From: Geopsychrobacteraceae bacterium
GTDB lineage: Bacteria > Desulfobacterota > Desulfuromonadia > Desulfuromonadales > Geopsychrobacteraceae
NCBI GenBank assembly: GCA_963662315.1
Contig: OY759353.1
Coordinates: forward strand, 256,001 to 320,000
DNA length: 64,000 nucleotides
Direction: 5' to 3'
Part shown: positions 1-10,309 of the stretch, one piece after another
Position numbering within the stretch: position 1 is the first letter of the stretch
Layout of the letters: the number at the start of each line of letters is the position of its first letter
The notes under the pieces: model-generated
Seen by the model: the letters and a program-made list of their open reading frames with translations, nothing else
What the model was told of the DNA's origin: nothing
The model's database searches: none
Made by a program: the position numbers and the translations under genes

Positions 1-809
1 TCGTGGTTGAGCGTGATATCGAGTACACGTGCTACTAACACCCCGGCATTAAGGGCAACGGCCTCACCGGGTTCCAGATAAACGGTCAGATGCGGGTGGC
101 GGTTTCGGAAATCAGTTATCAGCTGAACCAGTCTGTTAATATCATAGCCCGGACGTGTTATGTGGTGTCCCCCGCCGAAATTGACCCAGGACAACTGATC
201 AAGGTATGGGCCAAAGTTTTTTTCAAAAGCGGCCAGAGTGCGCTCCAGAGAATCGCTGTCGTCTTGGCAAAGGGTGTGAAAATGAAGCCCACTTATTCCT
301 TTTAAATAGTCCGATTCAAATTTATCAGCCGTTATCCCCAACCGGGAACCACGGGCGCACGGATCGTAAATTTCTACAGTCGTCTCACTCCATTCCGGGT
401 TGCAGCGCAGGCCAAATTCAAGCTTCGGGTTCAGTTCTTTGGCCAGGGCCCCGAATTTCCGCCATTGGGAAAATGAATTGAAGACCAGGTGATCGCTGAT
501 CGGCGCGACTTCTCGAATATCCTCTTCGCCAAACGCGGTGGCAAATACGTGGACCTCTCCGGGGAATAATTCGCGCGCCAGCATCGCTTCATGGGGGCCA
601 CTCGAACATGTCCCTTTGAGGGTTTGACTTAACAAAGGAAAGCAGCGGTGCATACTGAAGGCTTTTTGGGCCAGCAGAATTTTGGCTCCGGACCGGTCCA
701 TGACTTGTTGCAAAATAGCCAGGTTATGTTTAAGCGCTTCCTCAAAGACGACAAAAGCCGGACTTTTAATGTTCTGCAAATCGATTTTAACGGCGAGTTG
801 TTTATCCAT
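1..809 (-). CDS. nspC: Carboxynorspermidine decarboxylase (3' end runs off the window)
   Basis: Not in the ORF track; translated manually from ATG at 809: MDKQLAVKIDLQNIKSPAFVVFEE...ILLAQKAF...GLRCNPE...YDPC...SRLG...GLHFH...WVNFGGGHH...YLEPGEA. These are NspC motifs, and the gene follows the synthase. Confidence 0.9.
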   Translation of the reverse strand, partial: MDKQLAVKIDLQNIKSPAFVVFEEALKHNLAILQQVMDRSGAKILLAQKAFSMHRCFPLLSQTLKGTCSSGPHEAMLARELFPGEVHVFATAFGEEDIREVAPISDHLVFNSFSQWRKFGALAKELNPKLEFGLRCNPEWSETTVEIYDPCARGSRLGITADKFESDYLKGISGLHFHTLCQDDSDSLERTLAAFEKNFGPYLDQLSWVNFGGGHHITRPGYDINRLVQLITDFRNRHPHLTVYLEPGEAVALNAGVLVARVLDITLNH

Positions 810-885
810 TGCTATTTACTTAATCTTTCTGTGTAGTAGCTGGGCCTGCTGTTGAGGCAGGCCCAGAGGTGCTCATGCTCGGTTT

Positions 886-2079
886 TCAATCAAAACCATT
901 GATAAAAACTTCCTTCCAGGGCAGGCCAAGACGATTTAAATCTGCCATAAAAGGATCAGGATCAAATTGTTCAACGTTAAACACTCCCGCCCCTGTCCAG
1001 GCGCCATCGGCGATCTGTTTCGCGCCAACAACGGCAGGTACGCCGGCAGTATAGGAGATCGCCTGGGATTGAACTTCAGCAAAACAGGCCTGGTGATCGG
1101 AGATATTATAGACAAAGTATTTCCGTGGTTTTCCATCTTTGATTCCCGAGACGACGACGCCAATGCAGGTATGCCCTTTGGTTTTAGGGCCCAATGATCC
1201 TGGATCGGGAAGCAGCGCTTTCAGGAACTGGAGGGGAATAATGCTCTGACCGTTAAATTCAATGGGTTCAATACCGGTCATGCCAACATTTTGCAACACC
1301 TCAAGGTGTTTGAGATAGTTTTGGGAAAAACTCATCCAAAAACGGGCCTTGCGTAAACCCGGAACAAATTTGACCAGAGATTCAAGTTCTTCATGGTACA
1401 TCAGGTAGATATCCAGGGTGCCCAGGTCTTCGGGCATGGTGTATTCCTGTTTTACCGACATTGGCTCAATTTCAACCCATTGGCCATTTTCCCAGTAGCG
1501 TCCTTTGGCCGTTACTTCTCGAATATTGATTTCTGGATTGAAATTGGTGGCAAAAGGCAGGCCGTGGCTTCCGGCATTACAATCGATAATGTCAAGTTCA
1601 TGAATTTCATCGAAATGATGCTTCAATGCATACATGGTCATAACACTGGTAACACCAGGGTCAAAACCGCTGCCAAGCAGTGCCATGAGACCTTTTTCCT
1701 TGAACCTGTCGTGATAAGCCCACTGCCATTTGTATTCAAAATGAGCCGTGTCCGGTGGCTCGTAATTGGCTGTATCCAGGTAGTTCACTCCGGTCGCCAG
1801 GCAGGCTTCCATCAAATTCAAATCCTGATAAGGTAAAGCAAGATTGATTAATAAATCAGGTTTAACGTTGTTGATCAGTTCAACTGTTTCTGCGATGTTA
1901 TCAGCATCGACCTGAGCTGTATTGATTTTTCGCGGCAGAAGACTGGCGATATGGTCACACTTTGATTTCGTTCGACTGGCTAGGGTGATTTCTGTAAATA
2001 CTTCAGGAAGCATGGCGCATTTCCAGGTAGTTACTTGGCTGACACCGCCGGCGCCGATAATTAATAATTTAATCCCCAT
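886..2079 (-). CDS. Saccharopine dehydrogenase family protein / carboxynorspermidine synthase
   Basis: IIGAGGV Rossmann motif, YLDTANYE, GSGFDPG, ATNFNPEINIRE; directly upstream of nspC. Confidence 0.9.
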   Translation of the reverse strand: MGIKLLIIGAGGVSQVTTWKCAMLPEVFTEITLASRTKSKCDHIASLLPRKINTAQVDADNIAETVELINNVKPDLLINLALPYQDLNLMEACLATGVNYLDTANYEPPDTAHFEYKWQWAYHDRFKEKGLMALLGSGFDPGVTSVMTMYALKHHFDEIHELDIIDCNAGSHGLPFATNFNPEINIREVTAKGRYWENGQWVEIEPMSVKQEYTMPEDLGTLDIYLMYHEELESLVKFVPGLRKARFWMSFSQNYLKHLEVLQNVGMTGIEPIEFNGQSIIPLQFLKALLPDPGSLGPKTKGHTCIGVVVSGIKDGKPRKYFVYNISDHQACFAEVQSQAISYTAGVPAVVGAKQIADGAWTGAGVFNVEQFDPDPFMADLNRLGLPWKEVFINGFD

Positions 2080-2417
2080 TTTTTAGAACCTTTCTTAAAA
2101 AAAACTGGCAAATTCAAAATGGCCAGAACTCGCTTCCCCCCCAAAAAAAATCACTCTCAAAATTAAACCAAACGCGTACTATACGAAATTATCTAGACAA
2201 TAATCTAGCAAATAGTTGCGTGTTTGGTGGAGGTTTTGATTTATCTCTGTCATCGGGGGCGAAGAGGCTATTTTATTCTCATTGACAGGGGAAGAAAAAT
2301 CGAAAAAGGGGGGACCGAATGTCGTGATGTAACAAAGAGAGTTCTTCATGATGTTGGCAAAGAACAGGCCCTGCACAAAGGCGCAGGACCTGAAGTGTGT
2401 TGAAAGTGACGCTGAGC

Positions 2418-3416
2418 CTAGCAGGCGTCGTTGATCTGCAGATAAACCAGGGTCTGGTTCAACAACTGATAAGCAATTTCACCGAATGTTATGGGGCCGA
2501 CAAAATCTGCTGTTTTGTTTCCTTCAAGATTGGAGTACAGATAGTTCAGAATGCAGTTGCATGAGAACGCAACACTTTGTCCACTCAAGTGATTTTCTTT
2601 CAGTTGCTTGGCAAAGTCGGCGGCGTAATCTGTGACTGGCCTTGCGACTTTGTAACGGACACCGCTGAAAACGGGTGCATAGAAAAGCACATCACCACCA
2701 GGAGTAACATCCTGAAAGCTGATGTTCACCAGAGCACCGTAGTAGTCTGCAACCAGGGGTAACTTGGTATCAATGCTATTTTTTGTCAGGTAGTCGGAAA
2801 AATTTTCCCTGACGCCATCGATCATTACATCAGTGCAGCTGAAGCCGTCCTTTTCAAAGGTCAGGGTGTCGCCATCACCTTGCTCAAACAGATTGATAAT
2901 ACCGACGTCGGCCGCTTTCCCCTGTGGCAGTTGCACATGCATGACAATCGCATTATCGGTATAGCTGGAACCGTTTTCACCGTTATACACTTTTGGCTGT
3001 TGCTGGCCGAGATCGTCAAGGTGGACACCGGAAATCCAGCCCAGTAACGGCTGACAGCCAAAGTTTTTGTAGTTTGGTGCATTTAGCGCAAAAGATGTAT
3101 GGGCAGTACTTGAAGCTGGAATATTAATAAAACTGAATCCTGTGGCCCCCGAATCTGAATAGACCGTACCCAGAGAGTCCTTTGAGTAGGCTTTGATCGA
3201 CGTTTTTGCCGAAATGGCAGAAATGTCGGTCACGAAGATTTTTTCTTTAGTTGTCTCGCCACCCGCTTCGGGGCCAACAAAGTAAGGAATGGTCCCGCCA
3301 ATCCAATTTCCTTGGGGGAGTTGTTGAAGCAGGTTGTCGTCTCCGGCAATCAGAAGTGTTTTTCCGGCTTTAATAAGGTCTGCTGCCGTTGCGCAGTTAA
3401 CAAGTGATTGTTGCAT
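2418..3416 (-). CDS. DUF6976-like protein (divergent stand-alone FIST-like protein)
   Basis: 332 aa; GNWIGGTIPYF, FSCNCILNY and GPITFGEIAYQLLNQT motifs. Confidence 0.65.
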   Translation of the reverse strand: MQQSLVNCATAADLIKAGKTLLIAGDDNLLQQLPQGNWIGGTIPYFVGPEAGGETTKEKIFVTDISAISAKTSIKAYSKDSLGTVYSDSGATGFSFINIPASSTAHTSFALNAPNYKNFGCQPLLGWISGVHLDDLGQQQPKVYNGENGSSYTDNAIVMHVQLPQGKAADVGIINLFEQGDGDTLTFEKDGFSCTDVMIDGVRENFSDYLTKNSIDTKLPLVADYYGALVNISFQDVTPGGDVLFYAPVFSGVRYKVARPVTDYAADFAKQLKENHLSGQSVAFSCNCILNYLYSNLEGNKTADFVGPITFGEIAYQLLNQTLVYLQINDAC

Positions 3417-3428
3417 TATATATATCTC

Positions 3429-3695
3429 CTATCCGAAAATTGTTTTCATGTCTTCTTTGGCTGATGGAACCGCAATGTTCTGTGAATACAGGGTATGTAA
3501 CTCATCAATAGCTGCAGCAATGGCCTGCGGATCATTGGCCGACCGGATCAGCCTGCCGAGCATAATCTTAGCGGCGAGAAATTTCAGGGCATAGGTTTGC
3601 TGACCGGTAACGATAGCTGCCCACTTCGGGTTGGTTTTTGCTGGGACAATCATGGTTGTGATCTCCTCTGTCATAGAGTCTGTCATCGTTGCCAT
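3429..3695 (-). CDS. Small hypothetical protein, probably co-transcribed with the DUF6976-like gene (start could be a later Met)
   Basis: 88-aa ORF ending 12 bp before the next gene's start; protein-like composition. Confidence 0.6.
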   Translation of the reverse strand: MATMTDSMTEEITTMIVPAKTNPKWAAIVTGQQTYALKFLAAKIMLGRLIRSANDPQAIAAAIDELHTLYSQNIAVPSAKEDMKTIFG

Positions 3696-4020
3696 CTGAA
3701 CATGCTTGGTCAGATGTGTTTCGAATATATGTTAAATATGAAGTTTTTTGCATGTGGTAAAAAGACTATGCTGTTAGTGGATAATTATTTGCCATTTTTA
3801 ATATACCAGTGTTTTGTTTCTGGATAAAGAGAGTTGTCCTGTTTATAATGTTAGAATGCTAACTCATTGAAAGCAGATTTCAAAAACCGCTTACGCTGCG
3901 GCTGGGGAGATTTGAGGCTATTTGTGTTGCGGAAAAGCTGTTCTGCTCTGTCGTCACCTGTCCTTATACAGTGTATTTGAAGACGCTTTTTCTTATTTTC
4001 TGAGGTGAGAATTATTACCA

Positions 4021-4890
4021 ATGATCATTCCTGATATTATTGCGACTCAGAATCCTTTTATCTCCATGGAATTTTTCCCGCCACGGAGCGCCGATCACCT
4101 GACAACTTTTTCTGCAGTTGTCTCATGTCTGTGCCAGCAGAAACCCGATTTCTTTACGGTGACTTTTGGTGCCGGCGGCTCGACGAAGGTTGGGACTTAC
4201 CAGACTGTAAAGCAGTTGCTGACCGATACTGACGTTCCGACGGTTGCGCACCTTGCTGGAGCAGGTCTTGGTCCGGAAGATCTGTGTCAGATTCTAGATC
4301 AGTATCAGGACCTGGGGGTGAAAAATATATTCGTGGTCCGTGGCGATGCTGCTAAAGATGGTTCTTTTGCTTTTCATCCGCAAGGCTTTCCCTATGCTAG
4401 CGATCTGATCGCCTTTATCCGTGAACGCTACGATTTTACTATCGGATGTGCCGGTTATCCTGAGGGGCATGTTTCGGCCCCGAGTTACGAGCGTGATATA
4501 GAGTATCTGCAGCAAAAGGTTGAAAGCGGCGGGGATTACATCCTGACCCAATATTTTCATGACAATGAGTTCTTTTTCCGGTTTGTTGAGCAGTGCCGGA
4601 GCTGCGGGATAACGGTTCCCATTATTCCCGGGATTATGCCGGTCTATTCTTTGGAGTTAACACAAAGGCTATCAGTTATGTGTGGAGCTTCTATTCCCAA
4701 GGAGCTTCAACGTGGCTTGCGTGACGCTGACGCGGACACCGCGCAGCAGTTTGGAATTGCTTTTGCCCTCAAGCAGTGTAAAGAGTTGCTGCAATATGGT
4801 GTTGCCGGACTTCATTTTTATACGATGAATCGAAGCACTGCTATCAGCGCTATCATGGCGGCGTTGCGTCAGGATGGTTTAATTCTTTAA
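4021..4890 (+). CDS. metF: 5,10-methylenetetrahydrofolate reductase
   Basis: SMEFFPP, VTFGAGGS, VRGD, AGYPEGH, ILTQYF, IIPGIMP, LHFYTMN. Confidence 0.92.
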   Translation: MIIPDIIATQNPFISMEFFPPRSADHLTTFSAVVSCLCQQKPDFFTVTFGAGGSTKVGTYQTVKQLLTDTDVPTVAHLAGAGLGPEDLCQILDQYQDLGVKNIFVVRGDAAKDGSFAFHPQGFPYASDLIAFIRERYDFTIGCAGYPEGHVSAPSYERDIEYLQQKVESGGDYILTQYFHDNEFFFRFVEQCRSCGITVPIIPGIMPVYSLELTQRLSVMCGASIPKELQRGLRDADADTAQQFGIAFALKQCKELLQYGVAGLHFYTMNRSTAISAIMAALRQDGLIL

Positions 4891-4983
4891 TATTTGAAAT
4901 CTTTATTGTTGTTCTTTGAGTATTCAAAGGATGTGTTACGATTAATTATTATTTAATTGATTTTGAATATTGGGAGTTGATGA

Positions 4984-5832
4984 ATGGAATTGCTGAAAAA
5001 CTTCCTCCTCATTATGGGCATTCTGCTGCTGTCTGCTTCTCTATGGCCAATTCGCAAAACAATCGCTTCAATTCCTCATGGTCGCATCCGCAATTTATGG
5101 CGCGCTTTAATCTACCTGATCTGTTTTTTTATTATCGGTTATTCTTATTATTATGTCTGTTACGGTGGTATCTATCGCCACTTCGAAGATCTCCTGGTTC
5201 CGGTTGTTTTCTTTTGGGGAGCCGTCTTCGTTTTCCTGGTGTGTTTGCTCTCGCTGCAGACGGCTAAAAATTTTCGTCGAATTTTTATTCTGGAGCAGGA
5301 AAACTCCACCGATTCTCTGACCGGAGTTTATAATCGTCGTTATTTTGACCGCCGACTTCATGAAGAATTCAGTCGTTCTAAGCGCTATAACGAGCCATTC
5401 TCAATGATTATGATCGATGTTGATCATTTTAAACGCATAAATGATCATTGGGGGCACCAGATTGGGGACCTGGTCCTTCGACGTTTCGCGGAACGCATCA
5501 AAATCAGTCTGCGGGAATCTGATGTCCTGTGCCGCTATGGTGGCGAAGAGCTGGGTTTGTTACTACCGCACACTCCTCTTGATGCCGCTCTGGCACTGGC
5601 TGAAAAACTGCGGTGCAAAGTTGCTGCCAGCGAATTGTTAACCACGGCTGAAGCTGAAGGGCTAGGGGCCATTCAGGTGACGGTCAGTCTTGGTGTTGCC
5701 AGTTTGCTGCCTGATATCTCTTCACCCGCGCAGCTTCTCGGTGTGGCCGATAAGGCCCTGTATTTTGCTAAACAGGCAGGGCGTAATTGTATCAAATCGT
5801 GTAAAGAATTGATTGATGGCGGGAACTGCTAG
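4984..5832 (+). CDS. Membrane-anchored (about 3 TM) diguanylate cyclase
   Basis: Hydrophobic N-terminus; DSLTG, DVDHFKRINDHWGHQIGD, RESD I-site, GGEEL. Confidence 0.88.
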   Translation: MELLKNFLLIMGILLLSASLWPIRKTIASIPHGRIRNLWRALIYLICFFIIGYSYYYVCYGGIYRHFEDLLVPVVFFWGAVFVFLVCLLSLQTAKNFRRIFILEQENSTDSLTGVYNRRYFDRRLHEEFSRSKRYNEPFSMIMIDVDHFKRINDHWGHQIGDLVLRRFAERIKISLRESDVLCRYGGEELGLLLPHTPLDAALALAEKLRCKVAASELLTTAEAEGLGAIQVTVSLGVASLLPDISSPAQLLGVADKALYFAKQAGRNCIKSCKELIDGGNC

Positions 5833-6266
5833 CTGTTTTTTTTCCTCTCTTCAGCGCTGTTCGCGTTGTCCCTCTGTCGTTATTGCTTACTTTGGACCTT
5901 TTCCGCGCCCTTGCAGAGGTTATTCGTCCTGCCAGATCTGGTGGGTCAACACATTACAGACGGTCAGTGAATAGCCATAAACCGCGCCGGTATCAACATT
6001 GATGCGCCCTGGTTCAAAGCATGGTTTCCCCTGGGTTGGCTGGTGTCCCACGATATGGATTTCACCATTTTCTCCTGGTGGCGAATTGCGCTCCCAGAGC
6101 AGAATATAAGGGTCCTGCTCCCCAGGGGGGGGATATGTCGCGCTCGTCTATTTTTTCCCTTATTCAGAGAAGAAGAGTTTTTTATTCTCTGCCTTTGACG
6201 TATTCTTGTCGAGCTCATAAAATTCATTAAAATCTTTCTTGTTCAAAATGAAAAGGGTTCCAGTCT

Positions 6267-7445
6267 ATGTTTTTGGATTATATTGCCTTGTTAAGGGAAA
6301 TCAGCTTTTTCGATATACTCGATATCTTGTGCTCTTCCGCAATTATCTGGTTTCTGCTGACCATTTTCCGTTCGCGTCGAACCTGGAAACTTGGGGCCGG
6401 ACTGGTCAGTTACGGGTTGGTGCTGCTGCTGGCCAATCAGCTGGAGTTCACCTTGACGGTTCGGGTTCTGCAGGGGCTGTCTGTTGTGGTTATCCTGATT
6501 GTCGTCGTCATCTATCAACAGGAAATCAGACGGGTCCTGGATGATTTGGGAGCCGTTATCTTCCGCTGGTGGAGAAAACCGGCATCAAGGTCCAAAGAAA
6601 GTACCGAACTGCTTATCAATCTGCTCTACGAGCTTTCTGAGCGCAGTTGGGGGGCATTGATTGTCCTGCCGGGAGAAATAGCTCTGGATCCTCTGATTAC
6701 CGAAGGGTTTTTACTCAACGGGCAGGTTAGCAGGCCATTGCTTCTAAGTTTGTTTGATCCGGGTTCTCCAGGTCATGATGGGGCCGTCGTTATGCGTGGC
6801 GACCGGGTGGAACGCTTTGGCAGCCGCTTGCCCCTGACCGAGCGGGACGAGCCACTGAACCAGAAAGGTACGCGTCATGCGGCTGCGCTTGGCCTGGCTG
6901 AAAAATGTGACGCCCTGATCCTGGTCGTTTCCGAGGAAAGTGGCGCGATTTCTATTGCCTACGAAGGGGAGTTAACGCGAATTGTTGATCGTACGACCCT
7001 CAAACAGGAACTGACTGATTATAGCGGGGATCTGGAAGCCAAAAGAAGTCACCGGGCGGCGTGGCGTTCTTGGTTGCGTCTGACTTTGCGGATGGTTGTT
7101 TCGCTTGTTGTCACGGCAATTTTCTGGGTATTTCTGGTTCCAGGGTCCGCAGTGGTTACAAATGTCTTTGAGGTTCCAATCGACGTTCAGAATGTCCCGG
7201 CAGGGTTTAGCTTTGATTCTGTCTCGCCACCTGTTGCTGAAGTGGTTTTACGCGCTGAGCGCAGGGAACTGTTCAATCTCAAGAAGGAATCTCTGGTGAT
7301 CTCCCTGGATGGCACACTTACTGGCCTGGGGCGCCAGACGTATCCATTAAACAGTTCGCAGTTGGTATTACCGCCCGATGTCGATGTTGAAAGGATAAGC
7401 CCGGCAACGGTCAAGGTTTTGGTCAATAAAGATCAACAGCCATAG
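6267..7445 (+). CDS. cdaA: Diadenylate cyclase CdaA (3 TM + DisA_N) fused to a TM helix and a YbbR/CdaR-like domain
   Basis: YQQEIRR, GALIV, HDGAVV, GTRHAAALG, VSEESG; C-terminal VPIDVQNVP...ISPATVKV YbbR-like segment. Confidence 0.85.
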   Translation: MFLDYIALLREISFFDILDILCSSAIIWFLLTIFRSRRTWKLGAGLVSYGLVLLLANQLEFTLTVRVLQGLSVVVILIVVVIYQQEIRRVLDDLGAVIFRWWRKPASRSKESTELLINLLYELSERSWGALIVLPGEIALDPLITEGFLLNGQVSRPLLLSLFDPGSPGHDGAVVMRGDRVERFGSRLPLTERDEPLNQKGTRHAAALGLAEKCDALILVVSEESGAISIAYEGELTRIVDRTTLKQELTDYSGDLEAKRSHRAAWRSWLRLTLRMVVSLVVTAIFWVFLVPGSAVVTNVFEVPIDVQNVPAGFSFDSVSPPVAEVVLRAERRELFNLKKESLVISLDGTLTGLGRQTYPLNSSQLVLPPDVDVERISPATVKVLVNKDQQP

Positions 7446-7581
7446 CGTTTACCAGCAGAGCACGTATCGCCCGCAGCACATAGGCAAGCAGGGTCCTCTC
7501 ATCGGTTGACGGTCCTCAGGTCTTTTGCTGGGGCGTTACCTGCGGTTGACATGCGTCTCTAGGGGAAAAGTTAGGTCTTTG

Positions 7582-8751
7582 CTACGACGTTACGCACCCT
7601 TTAAGAACCGTTTTCAGATCCTCTGCAGATAAGCGGGCCGGGTTGTTCTTATTACCAGATTCCTCAGCAATTATCATTATATCTTCATCGGTTAGATTGA
7701 TACCTTTAAATTGATTCAGAACTGTTTCACGCTGTAACCACTCAAGGTGATTGATCAGGGCAACAGCACCCTCCCTGGCCTTTTTGTAGTGGTGCTTGGT
7801 TAACAGAGAGGCTGCGTGGCTCATTTTTTCAAGAGCGGGGTCACTGTTGTCCAATTTATCAAGAGTCATTTTCATCATTGGAGCCAGCAGAACCCCGCAA
7901 ATTTCTCCATGGGGCAGGGAATGGTACCCTCCGAACACTCCGGCCACGCCATGGACTGTCCCCAGACCGGCATTGGCCAGGGTCAGACCAGATACGTATG
8001 CGGCATAGGCCATATCGGCGCGGCAGTCGACATTATTCGCCATACTATTGCACACTGCGGGAAATGAACGGGACAAACGCTCCAGGCCACTGAGCGCAAG
8101 GGCGTCGGTCAATGGTGTTGCCACAGTAGAAAAATAGGATTCCAACAGCTGAGATAAGGCATCCATCCCCGCGGCCGCGGTCACCTGTGCGGGACAATGA
8201 ACCATCAGCTCGGGATCGATCAGTGCGATCTCCGGAATATAGCTGTCGTGACGAAGGGAGGCTTTGAACCCCTGGGGGCCGATTTCAGACAGCACGGCAT
8301 TTTTTGTCGCTTCGCTGCCTGTACCTGAAGTTGTTGGTACGGCAATGAACGGAATCCGTCTCGGTTCCGGTGTCTTATGCCCAACCTTTTCAAGGTAATC
8401 CTTGACCGATCCGGGCATGGTCAGTATGGCAGCGACCGCTTTACCGGTATCAATAACACTGCCTCCTCCGATGCTTACGACGCAGTCGGGCAACTGGTCC
8501 CGGTAGTTATTAACAATTGCATCAACCGTTGCAGGGGACGGCTCGCCGCTGATAGTTGCGATGGACCAGTCAATATTGTTGTCTTTGAAACTCTGGCAGA
8601 TGGTTTGCCAATGGCCGGATCGTTCCAGAGACTTCGTCCCTTTCAGGACCAGGATTGATCGTCCAAAACTGAGAATGTGCCGCGGTAAATGGGCAATATG
8701 GCCGGGACCAAAGTCGAGCACCGCGGGGCTGAAGAACTGGAAAGATTGCAT
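7582..8751 (-). CDS. Iron-containing alcohol dehydrogenase
   Basis: Start reassigned to ATG at 8751 (AAGGAG RBS); GGGSVIDTGKA, PTTSGTGSE, DALSQ, GLGTVHG, HG. Confidence 0.9.
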   Translation of the reverse strand: MQSFQFFSPAVLDFGPGHIAHLPRHILSFGRSILVLKGTKSLERSGHWQTICQSFKDNNIDWSIATISGEPSPATVDAIVNNYRDQLPDCVVSIGGGSVIDTGKAVAAILTMPGSVKDYLEKVGHKTPEPRRIPFIAVPTTSGTGSEATKNAVLSEIGPQGFKASLRHDSYIPEIALIDPELMVHCPAQVTAAAGMDALSQLLESYFSTVATPLTDALALSGLERLSRSFPAVCNSMANNVDCRADMAYAAYVSGLTLANAGLGTVHGVAGVFGGYHSLPHGEICGVLLAPMMKMTLDKLDNSDPALEKMSHAASLLTKHHYKKAREGAVALINHLEWLQRETVLNQFKGINLTDEDIMIIAEESGNKNNPARLSAEDLKTVLKGCVTS

Positions 8752-8976
8752 GGGAATTCTCCTTCGTTTTTTTGTAGACGATGTGAAGGAGAGTGTCAAT
8801 TTGTCATTAATTAAACCGGCAACAATTGTGGAGTCAGCACTTTTGGAGTGTTTCAATAAAAACCTAAAACCTCGGCGGGTCACGGCCCGCCAGCCGGTTT
8901 AGGGCACGACACCGCAATTTGGGTGTTTGTAACTTAGTGTTTTTGTTTATTCACTGTTTTAAGTTGGTAACGGCCG

Positions 8977-9019
8977 ATGTGTCGGTGAGTTCTGCCAGGC
9001 AAAGCTCACCGACATGTCG
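8977..9019 (-). terminator. Stem-loop after the 9029..9661 gene
   Basis: tgtcggtgag...ctcaccgaca inverted repeat. Confidence 0.5.
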
Positions 9020-9028
9020 CACTTTAAA

Positions 9029-9661
9029 CTAGGCCAGTTCTGCGTTTTTGATATGCAACTTTTGACTGAGTGCTGAAGCGTAATTTTTAAACGCACTGTT
9101 GCGTTTGACCAGCAGTGAACGCAAATAGCCGATGCCGCTACCGACTATAAACAATGGCAGCATAATGGCGGGCGCCAGATACAGAGTCAGCATAATCGCT
9201 TCATGTACCTGTCTGTGCTGAACACCACTAATATTGTAGAAAAATGCCACCATGGCAACGAAGAACAGGCTCCAGACCGTGACCCATGGGTAGAGTTGGG
9301 CCCGCATTGAGCTGCTATTGGTCGTTGTTTGCCGGGTGTTGTGGTTCAGGGAACTGAAATAGGACCCCCGGTGGTTTTTACCATGGGTCAGCAGGAATAG
9401 TGTCAACTTCTGACCATTGTTTCCGATCGCGTCCATGTCGTGCAGTTCAATTTTGTCCTGTTCCCCTTGCAGCTGCAATTTCTGCTGACGATTCATATGA
9501 AAAGGGTAGTGGTCCAGTTCCGGAACCCGGATATGGCGACCACTGTTCGGAGCAATGTAGATCATATCTTCACTGAACTCGATATGATCGATAATGCCGG
9601 AGTTATCAAAAATTTCGTATTTCAGGCCTAACGCTTTACCTTCTGCAATTTTCTTTTTCAT
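9029..9661 (-). CDS. Hypothetical membrane protein (2 C-terminal TM segments)
   Basis: 210-aa ORF with two hydrophobic segments; no family recognised. Confidence 0.6.
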   Translation of the reverse strand: MKKKIAEGKALGLKYEIFDNSGIIDHIEFSEDMIYIAPNSGRHIRVPELDHYPFHMNRQQKLQLQGEQDKIELHDMDAIGNNGQKLTLFLLTHGKNHRGSYFSSLNHNTRQTTTNSSSMRAQLYPWVTVWSLFFVAMVAFFYNISGVQHRQVHEAIMLTLYLAPAIMLPLFIVGSGIGYLRSLLVKRNSAFKNYASALSQKLHIKNAELA

Positions 9662-10309
9662 GGTTTTACTTTCTCAATGACTTTGTGATGTTGAACAATA
9701 TCTGCAGCAACAGAAAGCAGGGAAATAGTATCCCGTTGTTTCTGTTGAACTCAGCTCCAATAATGGGATTGTATGCCTGCCGAGGAAAAAAATGCAATAG
9801 CGATTCGTGAAAAAAAGTCGTTCTAAATCAAGTAGATAGGCCTGTTCTGCTGAGTCGAAACAATGGTTTGGAATTGGCCTGTCCATATATGGAAATGAGC
9901 GGTTTGGCTGCGGATTGAGCATTTTAGAGATTTGGCGAGCAAAATTATGTTTTCAGATTGTTTTGAGAGTGTCTATCTTGCTGTAATTGAGTGACTATTT
10001 TTGATTATGAAAAAAAATAAATATAATAATCAGTTATATTTTTTCTAAACCTCTGGTTGTTCTTAAATGTGGGGAATTTAAGAATTTTAAATGTTTGTGA
10101 AGTTTTGTGACGATGATTATTCTTGATTAATTGTTGGGTCGGGTGCAGGATTAATCTCTCGTAGAGAAGGGGGGCTCTTCGATTGGCTTTATATCTTGAG
10201 TTATGCATCCCATCATCATCCTTTCTCTTCGTCGTGCCATTCTATCTTCATCTGTTGATCGTTTTTGACTCTGCAGGGGTCCCTGTTAAATGAAAAGAGA
10301 GGTGTATCT

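Noticed and set aside
3830..4020. SAM riboswitch upstream of metF
   Set aside because: No SAM-I core motifs (AUC..GAG, GCAAC, GUGC) recognisable in the right order.
5833..6266. c-di-AMP riboswitch or small gene before cdaA
   Set aside because: No ydaO consensus seen; the short ORFs lack an RBS or family features.
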